NCBI GenBank assembly: GCA_963711945.1
Contig: CAVQGB010000013.1
Location: 3,893 to 67,892, forward strand
DNA from: an uncultured Verrucomicrobiae bacterium
Lineage (GTDB): Bacteria; Verrucomicrobiota; Verrucomicrobiia; Limisphaerales; UBA11358
Reading direction: 5' to 3'
Length of the DNA stretch: 64,000 nucleotides
In this document: positions 50,975 to 62,168 of the stretch, in pieces
Layout of the letters: each line of letters starts with the position of its first letter
Numbering within the stretch: the stretch's first letter is position 1
Notes under the pieces: generated by a model
The model's input: only the letters and a program-made list of their open reading frames with translations
Databases searched by the model: none
What the model was told of the DNA's origin: nothing
Position numbers and translations under genes: made by a program

Positions 50975-51409
50975 CTAATCCCAATTGCCGATGTCGTCGT
51001 CCGTTCCTTCCTTGCCGTCGGGACCGACTGACAGCAAATCGAAGTTATTCTGGTTGTGTTTGCCGGGGTAATAATAAATGTAATAATGTCCCCAAGGATC
51101 CACGGGCAACTTGTCCAAATACGGTCCGGTCCAGTGTATGTCCGAGGATGGTTGCGTCAACAAATCCTGGAGGCTCTGCGGGAAATGGCCGATATCAATT
51201 TCATAACGGCCAAGCGCGGATTTGATGCCGCTGTTGATGTCGGTCCGGGCCGCCGTAATGCGGGAGCGTTCACTCACGCCTACGACGCGCGGAATGACCA
51301 GCGCTGCGAGGATGCCGATGATGGTGACGACCAGCAGCATTTCGACGAGCGTGAACGCGCGGTTCCGGCGTTGGTTTTGGACTGTGATTTGACGGATTTG
51401 TATTTTCAT
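50975..51409 (-). CDS. type II secretion pseudopilin (GspG-like; prepilin N-terminal methylation motif)
   Basis: It contains RAFTLVEMLLVVTIIGILAALVIP and the GspG-like body DPWGHYYIYYYPGKHN..FDLLSVGPDGKEGTDDDIGNW. Confidence 0.75.
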   Translation of the reverse strand: MKIQIRQITVQNQRRNRAFTLVEMLLVVTIIGILAALVIPRVVGVSERSRITAARTDINSGIKSALGRYEIDIGHFPQSLQDLLTQPSSDIHWTGPYLDKLPVDPWGHYYIYYYPGKHNQNNFDLLSVGPDGKEGTDDDIGNWD

Positions 51410-51920
51410 AATTTGCCTTTCATTTGTCGTGTTCGCCCGTGGAGAGGGCCGGCGGCAAATACAGAATCAGCGGCGCCGGTGAACGCCACGGCGGTCTTTC
51501 GATCGCGATGCCAATCGCATTCTGTCAGACATTGCAATCGCACGCATGGAACGTGCCACGCGGCAAAGTGCCGTATTCAAGGCAAATTCGGATGGCGACC
51601 GTGAAATTGCTGCGCGGTCAACCGCATCTGATGCGCAGGTTTTGCGCGGTGTTGCAATGGTAGCCGGCGCGTTTTCCAAACGCGCGAGCAAATGGGGTTT
51701 TTGAAGCAAGCGGCGCAACAGGGTTACACCGCAGTGATGTGTTTTATTGGCATGGTCCAAGCACGAATCATGGCGTGGTGAACCCGGTCGCCATGTTCCC
51801 CAATCTGGCCGGGAAGCATGGCGGTTTATTGGTCAAGCAGAGGCTCTCGAACTTTGCCGGCTGGCGCCGCTTTCGCTTTTCATTTTCGACGGTTCGACTA
51901 ATTTCTCATCCGCACGTTTT

Positions 51921-53773
51921 ATGGCTGAAAATCGAAAACGCACATTTACGACGAGAGCAAGATCAAGACGCTGTCCTCGCTGGAACACATCCGGCTGCGC
52001 ACGGGCATGTATATCGGGCGCATCGGCAACGGCGCGCATCCCGACGACGGCTGCTACGTCCTGCTCAAGGAGGTCGTGGACAACGCGATTGACGAATACA
52101 TCATGGGCCACGGCAAGGAGGTCGAGATCAAGATTGACGGCAACCGCGTGGCCGTGCGCGATTTCGGGCGCGGCATCCCGCTGGGCAAGGTCGTGGACTG
52201 CGTTTCCAAAATCAACACCGGCGCGAAATACAACGACGAGGTGTTTCAATTCAGCGTCGGCCTCAACGGCGTCGGCACCAAGGCGGTCAACGCGCTGTCG
52301 AAAAACTTTTTCGTCCGCAGCCATCGCGACGGCGAATATTGCCGAGGCCAGCTTCAAGATCGGCAAACTGAAGAAGGAAGACACCGGCAAGACGAAGGAG
52401 CCGAACGGCACGTTCATCGAGTTCGAGCCGGACGAGGGCATTTTCAAGGACAGCGAATTCCGCCTGGAACACGTCGAGCGGCGGCTGCGGCATTACAGCT
52501 ATCTGAACACCGGGCTGAAGCTGATTTTGAAAACGCCGGAACTGGCCGAGCCGAAGGTGTTCCAGTCGCGCCACGGCCTGATGGATTTGGTGATGGAAGA
52601 TCTGGCCAGCGACGGCAGCGAGCCGATTTATTCGCCGCTGCATTACGCGGGCAAGACGCTGGAGTTTTGTTTCACGCACAGCAATTCGCGCTACGGCGAG
52701 ACGTTTTATTCCTTCGTCAACGGCCAATACACCAGCGACGGCGGCACGCACTTGAGCGCGTTCCGCGAAGGGTTGCTCAAGGCGGTCAACGAATACGGCA
52801 ACACCAAATACGAAGGCGACGACGTGCGCGAGTGCATGGTCGGCGCGGTGGCGATCCGGCTGAAGGACCCGGTGTTCGAGTCGCAGACGAAGAACAAACT
52901 GGGCAACACGGAAATCCGCACCGAACTCGTCAACAGCGTGCGCGAGGAACTGCTGCATTTTTTCCAGCGCAACAAGCAGATCGCCGAGACGATCATGGCG
53001 AAGGTCAAGGACACGCAGGAATTGCGGAAGGAATTGCAGAACGTGAAGAAGCTCGCGCGCGAACGGGCCAAGGCCATCACGCTGCGCATCCCGCAGTTGA
53101 AGGATTGCAAGCATCACTTCGACAAGAAAAAGGACAAGGGCAGGAACACGATGGTTTTCATCTGCGAAGGCCAGTCCGCCGCCGGCTCGATCACGAGCTG
53201 CCGCGACGTGAACAACCAGGCCGTGTTCGTGCTCAAGGGCAAGCCGCTCAACGTCTGGGATCTCAAGCGCGACGTGATGTATAAAAACGACGAGATGTAT
53301 AACCTCATGCAGGCGCTCAACGTCGAGGACAACACCGAGGGCCTGCGCTACGAGAAGGTGATCCTCGCCACCGACGCGGACGTGGACGGCATGCACATCC
53401 GCAATTTGATGATCACGTATTTCTTCAGGTTCTTCGAGCAGCTCGTCCACGACGGCCACGTTTATGTTTTGGAAACGCCGCTGTTCCGCGTGCGCAACAA
53501 GGACAGAAGACAATTTACTGCTACAGCGAAACCGAGCGCGACAACGCCGTCAAAGAACTCGGCGGCAAACCGGAAATCACGCGGTTCAAAGGTCTGGGCG
53601 AAATCAGCCCGAAGGAATTCGCGCAATTCATCGGCAAAGAAATGCGCTTGAGCAAAGTGGAATACGCGCCGCGCGCCGAGTCCGCGCCGATCTTCAATTT
53701 CTACATGGGCAAGAACACGCCGGAGCGCAAGGACTACATCATGGACAGCCTGGTCGTGCCGGTGGAGGAATAA
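51921..53773 (+). pseudogene. type IIA topoisomerase subunit B (ParE/GyrB family, short Bacteroidota/PVC-type); at least 3 frame changes
   Basis: MAE.. is followed by a shift to [28 protein letters not shown]...[12 protein letters not shown]...GRGIP. A further shift gives the Toprim region ([26 protein letters not shown]). A final shift reads YCYSETERDNAVKELGGKPEITRFKGLGEISPKEF...VVPVEE*. Confidence 0.8.
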
Positions 53774-53791
53774 CTTCATTCTATTTTCAAA

Positions 53792-55930
53792 ATGTCAGCC
53801 AAACGTAAAAAAGATTCCGGCCAGCCTGAATTGCCCATCGAAGGCGCCGCAATTCCAGCCGCGCCCGCCGAAACCAAGCCGGTCAAAAAATCACCCGCGA
53901 GAGCCAATGGCAACGGCGCGGAGCACGTCGTCGCCGAGGCGGTCGAGACGCTGGCGCACCGGCCGTTTGACCCGAAGAAAATCGGCGGCCGGTTTGCACA
54001 CGCGCGTGGACCGCGGGTTTCTCGATTACGCCAGCTACGTCATCCGCGACCGCGCCATTCCGAATCTCGCCGACGGCTTGAAGCCGGTGCAGCGGCGCAT
54101 CCTTTGGGCGTTGCACGAGAAGGACGACGGGCGGTTCATCAAGGTCGCCAACGTCGTCGGCCACACGATGCAGTATCATCCGCACGGCGACGCCTCCATC
54201 GGCGACGCGCTGGTGGTGCTGGCCAACAAGCGTTATCTCATCGAAGGCCAGGGGAATTTCGGCAACATCTTCACCGGCGATCCCGCGGCCGCGCCGCGTT
54301 ACATCGAATGCCGGTTGACCGAACTGGCGCGCGACGGAAATGTTCAACGATCGAGATCACGGATTTCGTTCCGAGCTACGACGGGCGCAACAAGGAGCCG
54401 GTCACGCTGCCGTGCAAACTGCCGCTGACGCTGATGCTCGGCACGGAAGGCATCGCCGTCGGTTTGAGCGCGCGGATTTTGCCGCACAATTTCCCCGAAC
54501 TGCTCGAAGCGCAGATCGCCATCCTCAAGAAGCAGCCGTTCAAGTGCCTGCCGGATTTTCCGACCGGCGGCCTGATGGACGCGCGCGATTATCAGGACGG
54601 CAAAGGCTCGGTCAAGGTCCGCGCCAAGCATCAAGGCCAAGGACGAATCCACCGTGGTCATCACGGAAATCCCGCCGACCACCACGACGGATTCGCTCAT
54701 CGCTTCGATTGAGGACGCCACGCGCAAGGGCAAGCTCAAGGTGAAATCCATCAACGATTTCACGTCGGAAAACGTCGAGATCGAAATCAAATGCCCGTCC
54801 GGCGTGGACGCGGAGAAAATGGTGGATGCGCTTTACGCCTTCACCGATTGCGAAGACGACCATCGCCAGCCGCATCGTCGTCATCAAGAACAACCGCCCG
54901 GTGGAGCTGACCGTGTCGCGAGGTGCTGCGCGAGAACACCGAGCAACTCGTCGCGATTCTCAAGCGCGAACTGGAGTTGCGCGAGCAGCAACTGCTCGAC
55001 GAACTGCATTACCGCACGCTGGAACGCATCTTCATCGAGGAGCGCATTTACAAGGCGATCGAGAAGTGCAAGACGAACGAGGCGGTCATCGCGGCGGTTT
55101 ACGACGGATTCAAGCCGTTCAAAAAGGAATTGATCCGCGAAATCGTGGACGCGGACGTGGAGAAGTTGCTGCAGGTGCGCATCCGCCGGATTTCGCTCTT
55201 CGACATCAACAAGCACCGCGAGGAGATGGAGAAGACCAAGGCGGAACTGGACGAGACGCGCAAGAATCTGAAGAGTCTCACGAAATACGTCATCGGCCAT
55301 CTGGAAGCGTTGCTGGAAAAATACGGCCCGCAGTATCCGCGCCTGACGACCAAATCCGCGCGCCACGAGGAGGTGGACGCGAAGGCGGTGGCGTTCAAGG
55401 CGTTCAAGGTCAGCTACGACCGCGAGAGCGGCTACGTCGGCTACAAGGTTTCCGGCGAGGAATTCAAGCTGGAATGCACCAAGTTCGACAAGATCCTGCT
55501 CGTGTTCCGGGACGGCACCTACAAGGTCACCGAATTGCCGGAGAAATTGTTCGTCGGGCAGGAATTGTTCTATTGCGGCCTGCCGGAGCGCGAGCGCGTT
55601 TTCACCTGCGCCTACACCGACCGCGACGCGAGCTATCTCAAGCGGTTCACGTTTGGCGGCACGATCCTGAACAAGGTCTATCCGTGCATTCCGGACAAGT
55701 CGCGCATCCTGTTCTTCGCGCCGGACACGCCGAAGATGCTTTACGTCCGCTACAAACCGGCGCCGCACCAGAAGATCACCCAGCAGACCTGCGAGCCGTC
55801 GCAAGTGGAAGTGAAATCGCCCAAGACGCGCGGACGGCAGATTTCCATCAAGGACGTTTCCTCGGTCACCACCGAGCCGACGCGCGGCTGGGATGAAACG
55901 GAAACGACAACCAAGATCGTGTTTGCTTAA
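53792..55930 (+). pseudogene. type IIA topoisomerase subunit A (ParC/GyrA family); at least 5 frame changes
   Basis: FLDYASYVIRDRAIPNLADGLKPVQRRILWAL...HPHGDASIGDALVVLA...NFGN...AAAPRYIECRL contains the catalytic Tyr context. Colinear fragments in other frames run through to KIVFA*. Confidence 0.8.
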
Positions 55931-55986
55931 GATGGGTAAAGCCGTTGCCAGGACTCGAAACCGCGGTCACCCTTGACGAACACAAC

Positions 55987-56835
55987 ATGACAGAAGATAA
56001 AAAGCCATTCACTGAATACGCAACCAAGGCCAACCATCCCCTCGACGCGACCCGCTGGGGTTGGATCACTGCTGGCATCCTTGCCGCGCTTTTGTTGGTG
56101 ACGTTGCTGCTCTGGGCTTCGGCCGTGGGCAAGGCGCGAGGTTTGCAATCGCTCCAATCCAAACTCGCCGACGCCAACGCGAGCCTCGCCGCGGCCCGGG
56201 AGGCGAATCAAACAAACAAGGACCTCATGGCGGCCCTGCAATCCAAACTCGCCGACCTACAGCAGGCGCAGGAGACGTCAGCGCAAATGTCCAAAGCCCT
56301 GGAAAACGAGATGCGCGGGGATCTTGAGTCCAAGGACGTGACCATCTCCAACCTGCAAGGCCGGCTCACGGTGAACATCCTCAACCGGGTGATGTTTAAC
56401 TCCGGCGAGGCGGTCCTGAAACCTGCCGGCCAGGCCGTGATGCGCAAAGTGGCCGCCTTGCTTGGCGAACACCCCAGGCTGCAGATTCAGGTCATCGGCC
56501 ATACGGACAACATGCCCATCCGGCCGGATGCCCGGAGCCGGTTCGCCAGCAACTGGGAGCTTTCCACCGCCCGCGCATTGGCGGCGGTGCATTTTCTTAC
56601 CGAGCAGGCGGGCGTGGATGCGCGCCGCGTCGGGGCTGTTGGCTATGGTGAGTTTCGGCCGGTTGCTGACAACTCGACCGCTGATGGCAGGGCCAAAAAT
56701 CGTCGCATCGAAATCGCCATTCTGCCGGACCAACTGGCTGTGACCAGCTCCGCGCCGGCAGCGCCATCTGCCGTTTCCACCAATTCACCGCCTCAAGCCA
56801 CTGGAACCAATCTGCCACCTCTCCTGATGCAATAG
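55987..56835 (+). CDS. OmpA/MotB-family peptidoglycan-binding protein with N-terminal TM helix and coiled coil
   Basis: WGWITAGILAALLLVTLLLWA is followed by a coiled coil. The OmpA-like domain reads NSGEAVLKPAGQAVMRKVAALL...QVIGHTDNMPI...SNWELSTARALAVHFL...GYGEFRPVADNSTADGRAKNRRIEI. Confidence 0.8.
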   Translation: MTEDKKPFTEYATKANHPLDATRWGWITAGILAALLLVTLLLWASAVGKARGLQSLQSKLADANASLAAAREANQTNKDLMAALQSKLADLQQAQETSAQMSKALENEMRGDLESKDVTISNLQGRLTVNILNRVMFNSGEAVLKPAGQAVMRKVAALLGEHPRLQIQVIGHTDNMPIRPDARSRFASNWELSTARALAAVHFLTEQAGVDARRVGAVGYGEFRPVADNSTADGRAKNRRIEIAILPDQLAVTSSAPAAPSAVSTNSPPQATGTNLPPLLMQ

Positions 56836-57597
56836 GCAGATAGGGCGCGGGCCTTAAAACGATCCCAGTTGGTGGGCGACAGGTTCGCGCAGGCTGCTGT
56901 GAAATAACACCGGACGCGCGATTTCCAAGCCGATGCCGGGCGACAATTCCTTCCTCATCATCAAAGACCGCGCCGATGGGAAGATGAGCGGGAGGCCCGG
57001 CGCAAGTGGCCGCCAGGCACCACGAGTCCCAGGTTGAACTGAAATATCACAGCCGGTTCAAGTCGTCAGACAACCGTCGTCAATCGGCGTTGGCATTGCG
57101 CATGAGCGAATTGTGACTTCAAAATGTCACCCTGCATCCGGCCTATGAGCTGTCGCTCCGCTTGCGCACGCAATGACATCACTGATGCACAGTTGCGAAC
57201 AAATTTATGAAAGATTTTATTTGACGATATTTCGTTTCACCCGCTTGACAAGCTGGAAAACAGGACGAGTATGCATTGGCTGGTATGGACGTGAGTGCGG
57301 TTGACGGTCCCAAGACGGCGCAAGAACAGTGGACCGTCGTTGGAGTAGTGAGAAGTTGAGAAAGACAGTCAGTTGGTAGATACGCCCATGCCAGCCATAT
57401 TCTTCATGCCGGAACCGGCATTTTGACTTCACGTTCCAATCGCCGGCCCAAACGATCATCCATGATTTCCAAATCGTGGTGCAATTGCAGGTCCAGTCAG
57501 CATTGCGCCGACATCTTGAAGAAACGGCCCAGGCGCAACCGGACGTCCACCAGTGTGGGAGGACGGCGGAGGTTGCCCTCCGCCTGTCACACGATTT

Positions 57598-58539
57598 TTA
57601 AAACCGCATGAAGAAATCCCAGGTCTCTTTTGCAATCCAGTTAACATTTGAACCGGGATCCCGGTTGGAATCTGTATGCGGGCCCACGAAGGAGCCAAAG
57701 ACAACGGGATATTCAGGCTTTAGCCCCTTGAACTCCGTGGTGACATGTGTGGAAGTGGTAGCGATGGGTATTTCGGGCAGTTCAGTAACCCCGTTGTCTT
57801 CGAGGTGCTGCAGGACGCAGTATTTCCCGCCTAGTTTTCGCTCATCCGAGTTGATCCACCTGCAAGTGCCGTCCCTGGTGCCGGTCGTGCTATAAAACGC
57901 CAGGCGTTCGTGCTTGTTGATGGGAAGATAGATGTTCCAGTTGGCCGGAGCATAACAGGCAACGGCGCGCAGATCCTTCTGGTATTCCAACGAGAGCGAG
58001 TAGGTGAACATCGCGCCGAAGCTGAAGCCGCAGCAAAAAATGCGGGAGGTATCCACGTTCAGCTTGTCCTTGAACAGCGTGAGCATATCACCAAAGAACA
58101 CATGGTCTTTATCATCACGCCCTCGCCAAGGAGACCCGTCGGTATATCCCTGGGGTGCCACGAAAATGACGGGAACATTATCCCGTTCCGCATAGGTCTT
58201 AAGCCCGTAAAAATGTTCTTTCACCATCACATTCATGTTCCCGCCCATATAATGCATGGCAAAAATCAACCGGTAGGGTTTGTTTTTGTCGTAATTGGTG
58301 GGGATGTCAATGATGTATTGGCGGGTAAGCCCGGCGCTCGTGATCGTGTTCGTGTAGGTGCCCATTTTGAAATCCACAAGCTCTTTGCCGCGACCGGCGC
58401 TGGGGATTGGAGCGTTCTTCAATTTACGAGAGGCATCAACATGTGATGAGGATGGACTTACGGTGCTGCACGAAGTGCATATGGCCAAAGCAATCACTGC
58501 GAAAGAGATGGTCTTTACGAAAGATAGGGTCTTTAACAT
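57598..58539 (-). CDS. secreted alpha/beta-hydrolase esterase (PHB-depolymerase/feruloyl-esterase-like), probable lipoprotein
   Basis: It has a signal/lipobox-like N-terminus (FAVIALAICTSCS) and the nucleophile elbow GFSFGAM. It is visibly lower in GC than its surroundings. Confidence 0.65.
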   Translation of the reverse strand: MLKTLSFVKTISFAVIALAICTSCSTVSPSSSHVDASRKLKNAPIPSAGRGKELVDFKMGTYTNTITSAGLTRQYIIDIPTNYDKNKPYRLIFAMHYMGGNMNVMVKEHFYGLKTYAERDNVPVIFVAPQGYTDGSPWRGRDDKDHVFFGDMLTLFKDKLNVDTSRIFCCGFSFGAMFTYSLSLEYQKDLRAVACYAPANWNIYLPINKHERLAFYSTTGTRDGTCRWINSDERKLGGKYCVLQHLEDNGVTELPEIPIATTSTHVTTEFKGLKPEYPVVFGSFVGPHTDSNRDPGSNVNWIAKETWDFFMRF

Positions 58540-58781
58540 TGGGTTGTTTCCTGTTGAATTATTGATTGAATTGATATTGCGCGCCGATCGAACTTAACGC
58601 TAATCGGGTGATGGAGAATTGGTTTCGGACTCACCAATCACAGTCCGATGTTGTCAGAACGCAGTTCACGGTGTCAATATGCTTTTAAAAGGGGGCAGCT
58701 CTTGGTTTCGACAACTCACCCACTCGCTGTCTTTCCACATTTTAACTTTGTCAAAAACTCCTTACTATTGCCGCCAAAACA

Positions 58782-58940
58782 TCACCACACGGGCGGGATT
58801 TCCCGCTGCCGGCATTTGTTGCAGACCCGCAGCAGGGCCATTTCCCCTGACTCCTCGGCCAGCAGGTGTTTGATGGGATTGATATCGGGCGAGTAATACG
58901 GCAGAAACAACAATGCCCGCCGTCCTTGTAGCGTAATTAC
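58782..58940 (-). pseudogene. IS630/Tc1-mariner-family transposase C-terminal fragment
   Basis: The minus-strand reading ALLFLPYYSPDINPIKHLLAEE matches the LPPYSP-[DE]-LNPIE motif around the third catalytic acidic residue. No upstream part is present. Confidence 0.5.
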
Positions 58941-58980
58941 CCCGCGCTTGAGGTCATTGATTCAAAAACGCGCCGCATCG

Positions 58981-61900
58981 CTACGAATAATTCTCCATCC
59001 CCGCGCAGGAGCAGACCGGATTGCGGTCGCCAAAAACGTTGTCCACGCGGCTGACATGCGGCCAGAATTTGTAATCGTGCAAATCCTTCGCCGGAAACGC
59101 CGCCTGTTCGCGCGAATACGGTCGGTTCCAGTCGTCGCTGGCGATTTGATCCGCGGTGTGCGGAGCGTTTTTGAGCAGATTGTTCTTCGCATCGGCGGTG
59201 CCGTTTTCCACGGCGGTCATTTCGGCGTGGATGGCAATCATCGCATCGCAGAAACGATCAAGTTCGTATTTCGATTCGCTCTCGGTCGGCTCCACCATGA
59301 GCGTGCCGGCCACCGGAAACGAAAGCGTCGGCGCGTGGAAGCCGTAATCCATCAGCCGTTTCGCCACGTCCTCGGCGGTTGTGGCGTGGAAGCCGCGCAA
59401 ATCCAGAATGCACTCGTGCGCCACGAGCGGATGTAATCCGCTGCTCCTGTAGAGCGTCGGGAAATGTTTCTCGAGCCGCTTGGAAATGTAATTTGCGTTG
59501 AGGATGGCGAATTTCGTCGCTTCGGTCAGCCCGTCCGCGCCCATCATGGCGATATACATCCAGGAAATGGGCAGGATGCTCGCGCTGCCCCACGGCGCGG
59601 CACTGACAGGGCCGATGGCAACGGTAGGGCGCGTCACTCCGTGCGCGCCGGTTTTTTCGACATCATCTGACGGCGCGCACGGAGTGACGCGCCCTACCAG
59701 CCGCGATGTGAACACGGGATGACTCGGCAGGAACGGCACCAGATGTTTCGCCACGCCGATCGGTCCGACACCCGGACCGCCGCCGCCGTGTGGAATGCAA
59801 AACGTCTTGTGCAGATTCAAATGGCAAACGTCCGCACCGATGAAGCCCGGCGAAGTCAAACCAACCTGCGCGTTCATGTTCGCGCCGTCCATGTAGACCT
59901 GCCCGCCGTTCGCGTGGATGATGTCGCAAATCTCGCGGATGGTTTCCTCGAACACACCGTGCGTGCTCGGATACGTCACCATGAGGCAGGACAAATCAAT
60001 TTTGTGCGCCTCGGCCTTGGCCTTGAGATCGGCCACATCAATGTTGCCGTTGGTGTCGCACGCGACGGCGACGATTTTCATGCCGGCCATCGCGGCGCTG
60101 GCGGGATTCGTGCCGTGCGCGGAAGTGGGAATCAAACACACCTTCCGGTGTGGCTCTTTGCGCGATTCGTGCCAGGCTCGGATGACGAGCAGTCCGGTGT
60201 ATTCGCCCTGCGAACCGGCATTCGGCTGCAATGAAATGCCGGCGAACCCCGTGCATTCCGCGAGCCAGTCTTCGAGGTTCTGAAAAAGAATCTGGTAACC
60301 GCGTGCCTGCCCCAGTGGCGCGAACGGATGAATCTTCGCAAACTCCGGCCACGAGACGGGAAACATCTCCGCCGCCGCATTCAGCTTCATAGTGCAGGAG
60401 CCGAGCGGAATCATCGAAGCCGTGAGCGACAGATCGCGCGATTCCAGCCGCTTGATGTAGCGGAGCATCTCCGTCTCGGAGTGGTGACGATTAAAGACGG
60501 GGTGCTGAAGGAATTTGCTGGTGCGCTTGAACTGATCTGATGGTCCTGACTTTATTTCTCCAACATCAAAATGTTTTTTCGGTGTGACATGTTCCAGAGG
60601 TTTGCCGGTAAAAATGGAAATCAATTCATACAAGGTTGCTAAACTTGAAGTTTCATCGAACGAAACAGAAATCAAATTTTCTCCGCACGAACGGAGATTA
60701 ATTGAAGCTCCTGCCGCGCGTAGAAGTATTTCATCACGTTGTTTTGTGGGCTCGCATTTCACTCCAACCGTGTCAAAATATTCTGCGCACGTCAGTTTGA
60801 AGTTATATGCCGTCAATGCACCTGCAAAAGAATCCGCGATGTTATTCACGCGCGCGGCAATCTTCTTCAATCCATCTGCCCCGTGATAGCAGGCATAAAG
60901 CGACGCCATGTTCGCGAGCAGCGCCTGCGCCGTGCAGATGTTGCTCGTGGCCTTTTCGCGGCGGATGTGTTGTTCGCGCGTGCCGAGCGCGAGGCGCAAC
61001 GCCGGTTTGCCGCGCGAATCTTTGGAAACGCCGACGATGCGTCCGGGCATCTGGCGTTTAAATTCGTCGCGCGTGGCGAAGAACGCCGCGTGCGGTCCGC
61101 CATAGCCGAGCGGCACGCCGAAGCGTTGCGCGCTGCCAACGGCGATATCCGCGCCGAATTCGCCCGGCGGCTTGATGAGCGTTAGCGCCAGCAAATCCGT
61201 GGCGACGGTGAGCATCGCGCCGACAGCATGGGCCTTTTCGCCAAGGCCGGAATAATCGTGAATCGCGCCAAAAGTGTCGGGATATTGCACCAGCACACCG
61301 AAAACTTTGCCGCTGAACTGAAAAGTTTCGTGGTTACCGACGACGACTTCAACGCCGAGCGCCGCGCCGCGCGTGCGGACGACTTCGATGTTTTGCGGAT
61401 GGCAATTTTCGGAAACGAAGAAAACATCGCGTAGCTGTGCCGCCCCGTCGCAGATTGTGCGCGCGACGCCTCCGTCGCGCGAAACCGGCGACGAGGCGTC
61501 GCCTTTACCCTCTGCGACGAAGGCGGCGCAGCTACGCGCGCCTTTGCACCGATGGCTCATCATCATCGCCTCGGCGCAGGCGGTGGCCTCGTCGAGCAGC
61601 GAGGCGTTGGCGATGTCCATTGCCGTCAGGTCAGTGACCATCGTCTGGAAATTCAAAAGCGCTTCAAGCCGGCCCTGCGAAATCTCGGCTTGATACGGCG
61701 TGTATTGCGTGAACCAGCCGGGATTTTCCAGCACGTTGCGCTGAATGACCGGCGGCGTGATGCAATCGTAGTATCCCTGGCCGATGAACGAGCGGAAGAC
61801 CTTGTTTTCACCGGCAATCCGGCGGAGTTCGGCGAGCGCTTCGAATTCACTTTTGGCGGCGGGCAAATTTAATTTCTTATCGAGCCGGATTTCCTTGGGA

Positions 61901-62034
61901 ACGGCGGCGTCAACAAGTTCGTCGAGATTATTGAAACCGAGCGACGCGAGCATGTCGCGCGTTTCGCCCATGTTCGGGCCGATGTGTCGGCGGACAAACT
62001 GGTCGGGATGCGATAAAATGTCGGTCAAAGCCAT
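58981..62034 (-). CDS. gcvP: glycine dehydrogenase (decarboxylating), glycine cleavage system P protein, single-chain; 1017 aa with two extra in-frame segments
   Basis: Similarity is end to end (FVRRHIGPN..., [59 protein letters not shown]). It is about 60 aa longer than typical GcvP because of the two palindromic inserts listed separately. Confidence 0.92.
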   Translation of the reverse strand: MALTDILSHPDQFVRRHIGPNMGETRDMLASLGFNNLDELVDAAVPKEIRLDKKLNLPAAKSEFEALAELRRIAGENKVFRSFIGQGYYDCITPPVIQRNVLENPGWFTQYTPYQAEISQGRLEALLNFQTMVTDLTAMDIANASLLDEATACAEAMMMSHRCKGARSCAAFVAEGKGDASSPVSRDGGVARTICDGAAQLRDVFFVSENCHPQNIEVVRTRGAALGVEVVVGNHETFQFSGKVFGVLVQYPDTFGAIHDYSGLGEKAHAVGAMLTVATDLLALTLIKPPGEFGADIAVGSAQRFGVPLGYGGPHAAFFATRDEFKRQMPGRIVGVSKDSRGKPALRLALGTREQHIRREKATSNICTAQALLANMASLYACYHGADGLKKIAARVNNIADSFAGALTAYNFKLTCAEYFDTVGVKCEPTKQRDEILLRAAGASINLRSCGENLISVSFDETSSLATLYELISIFTGKPLEHVTPKKHFDVGEIKSGPSDQFKRTSKFLQHPVFNRHHSETEMLRYIKRLESRDLSLTASMIPLGSCTMKLNAAAEMFPVSWPEFAKIHPFAPLGQARGYQILFQNLEDWLAECTGFAGISLQPNAGSQGEYTGLLVIRAWHESRKEPHRKVCLIPTSAHGTNPASAAMAGMKIVAVACDTNGNIDVADLKAKAEAHKIDLSCLMVTYPSTHGVFEETIREICDIIHANGGQVYMDGANMNAQVGLTSPGFIGADVCHLNLHKTFCIPHGGGGPGVGPIGVAKHLVPFLPSHPVFTSRLVGRVTPCAPSDDVEKTGAHGVTRPTVAIGPVSAAPWGSASILPISWMYIAMMGADGLTEATKFAILNANYISKRLEKHFPTLYRSSGLHPLVAHECILDLRGFHATTAEDVAKRLMDYGFHAPTLSFPVAGTLMVEPTESESKYELDRFCDAMIAIHAEMTAVENGTADAKNNLLKNAPHTADQIASDDWNRPYSREQAAFPAKDLHDYKFWPHVSRVDNVFGDRNPVCSCAGMENYS
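59623..59698. repeat. 76-bp perfect palindromic element inside gcvP coding sequence
   Basis: GGTAGGGCGCGTCACTCCGTGCGCGCCG (59623-59650) is the exact reverse complement of 59671-59698, with a 20-nt loop. It is translated as ..[24 protein letters not shown]... Confidence 0.9.
61428..61538. repeat. 111-bp compound palindromic element inside gcvP coding sequence
   Basis: The outer arms are CGCGTAGCTGTGCCGCCCCGTCGCAGA and TCTGCGACGAAGGCGGCGCAGCTACGCG (about 24/27). Inner hairpins are CGCGACG-CCTC-CGTCGCG and GGCGAC-GAG-GCGTCGCC. The length is exactly 37 codons. Confidence 0.8.
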
Positions 62035-62168
62035 CTGCGGAAATTAAAGTTCACGCAGGAAAAAAGCGAGTCAAAGTCGGCTGCGGGTCCTGTCCGTCAT
62101 TGGCGCAATTCCCCTGTCCCGCGCTGTTGACACAAGCGGGGAATATCCAGCACGGAATCAAACGGAAT

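Noticed and set aside
59623-61538. Linking the gcvP palindromes to the RAYT element at 20.8 kb as its cognate REPs.
   Set aside because: There is no sequence similarity between either palindrome and the 30-bp RAYT flanks. The association would be pure speculation without a genome-wide census.
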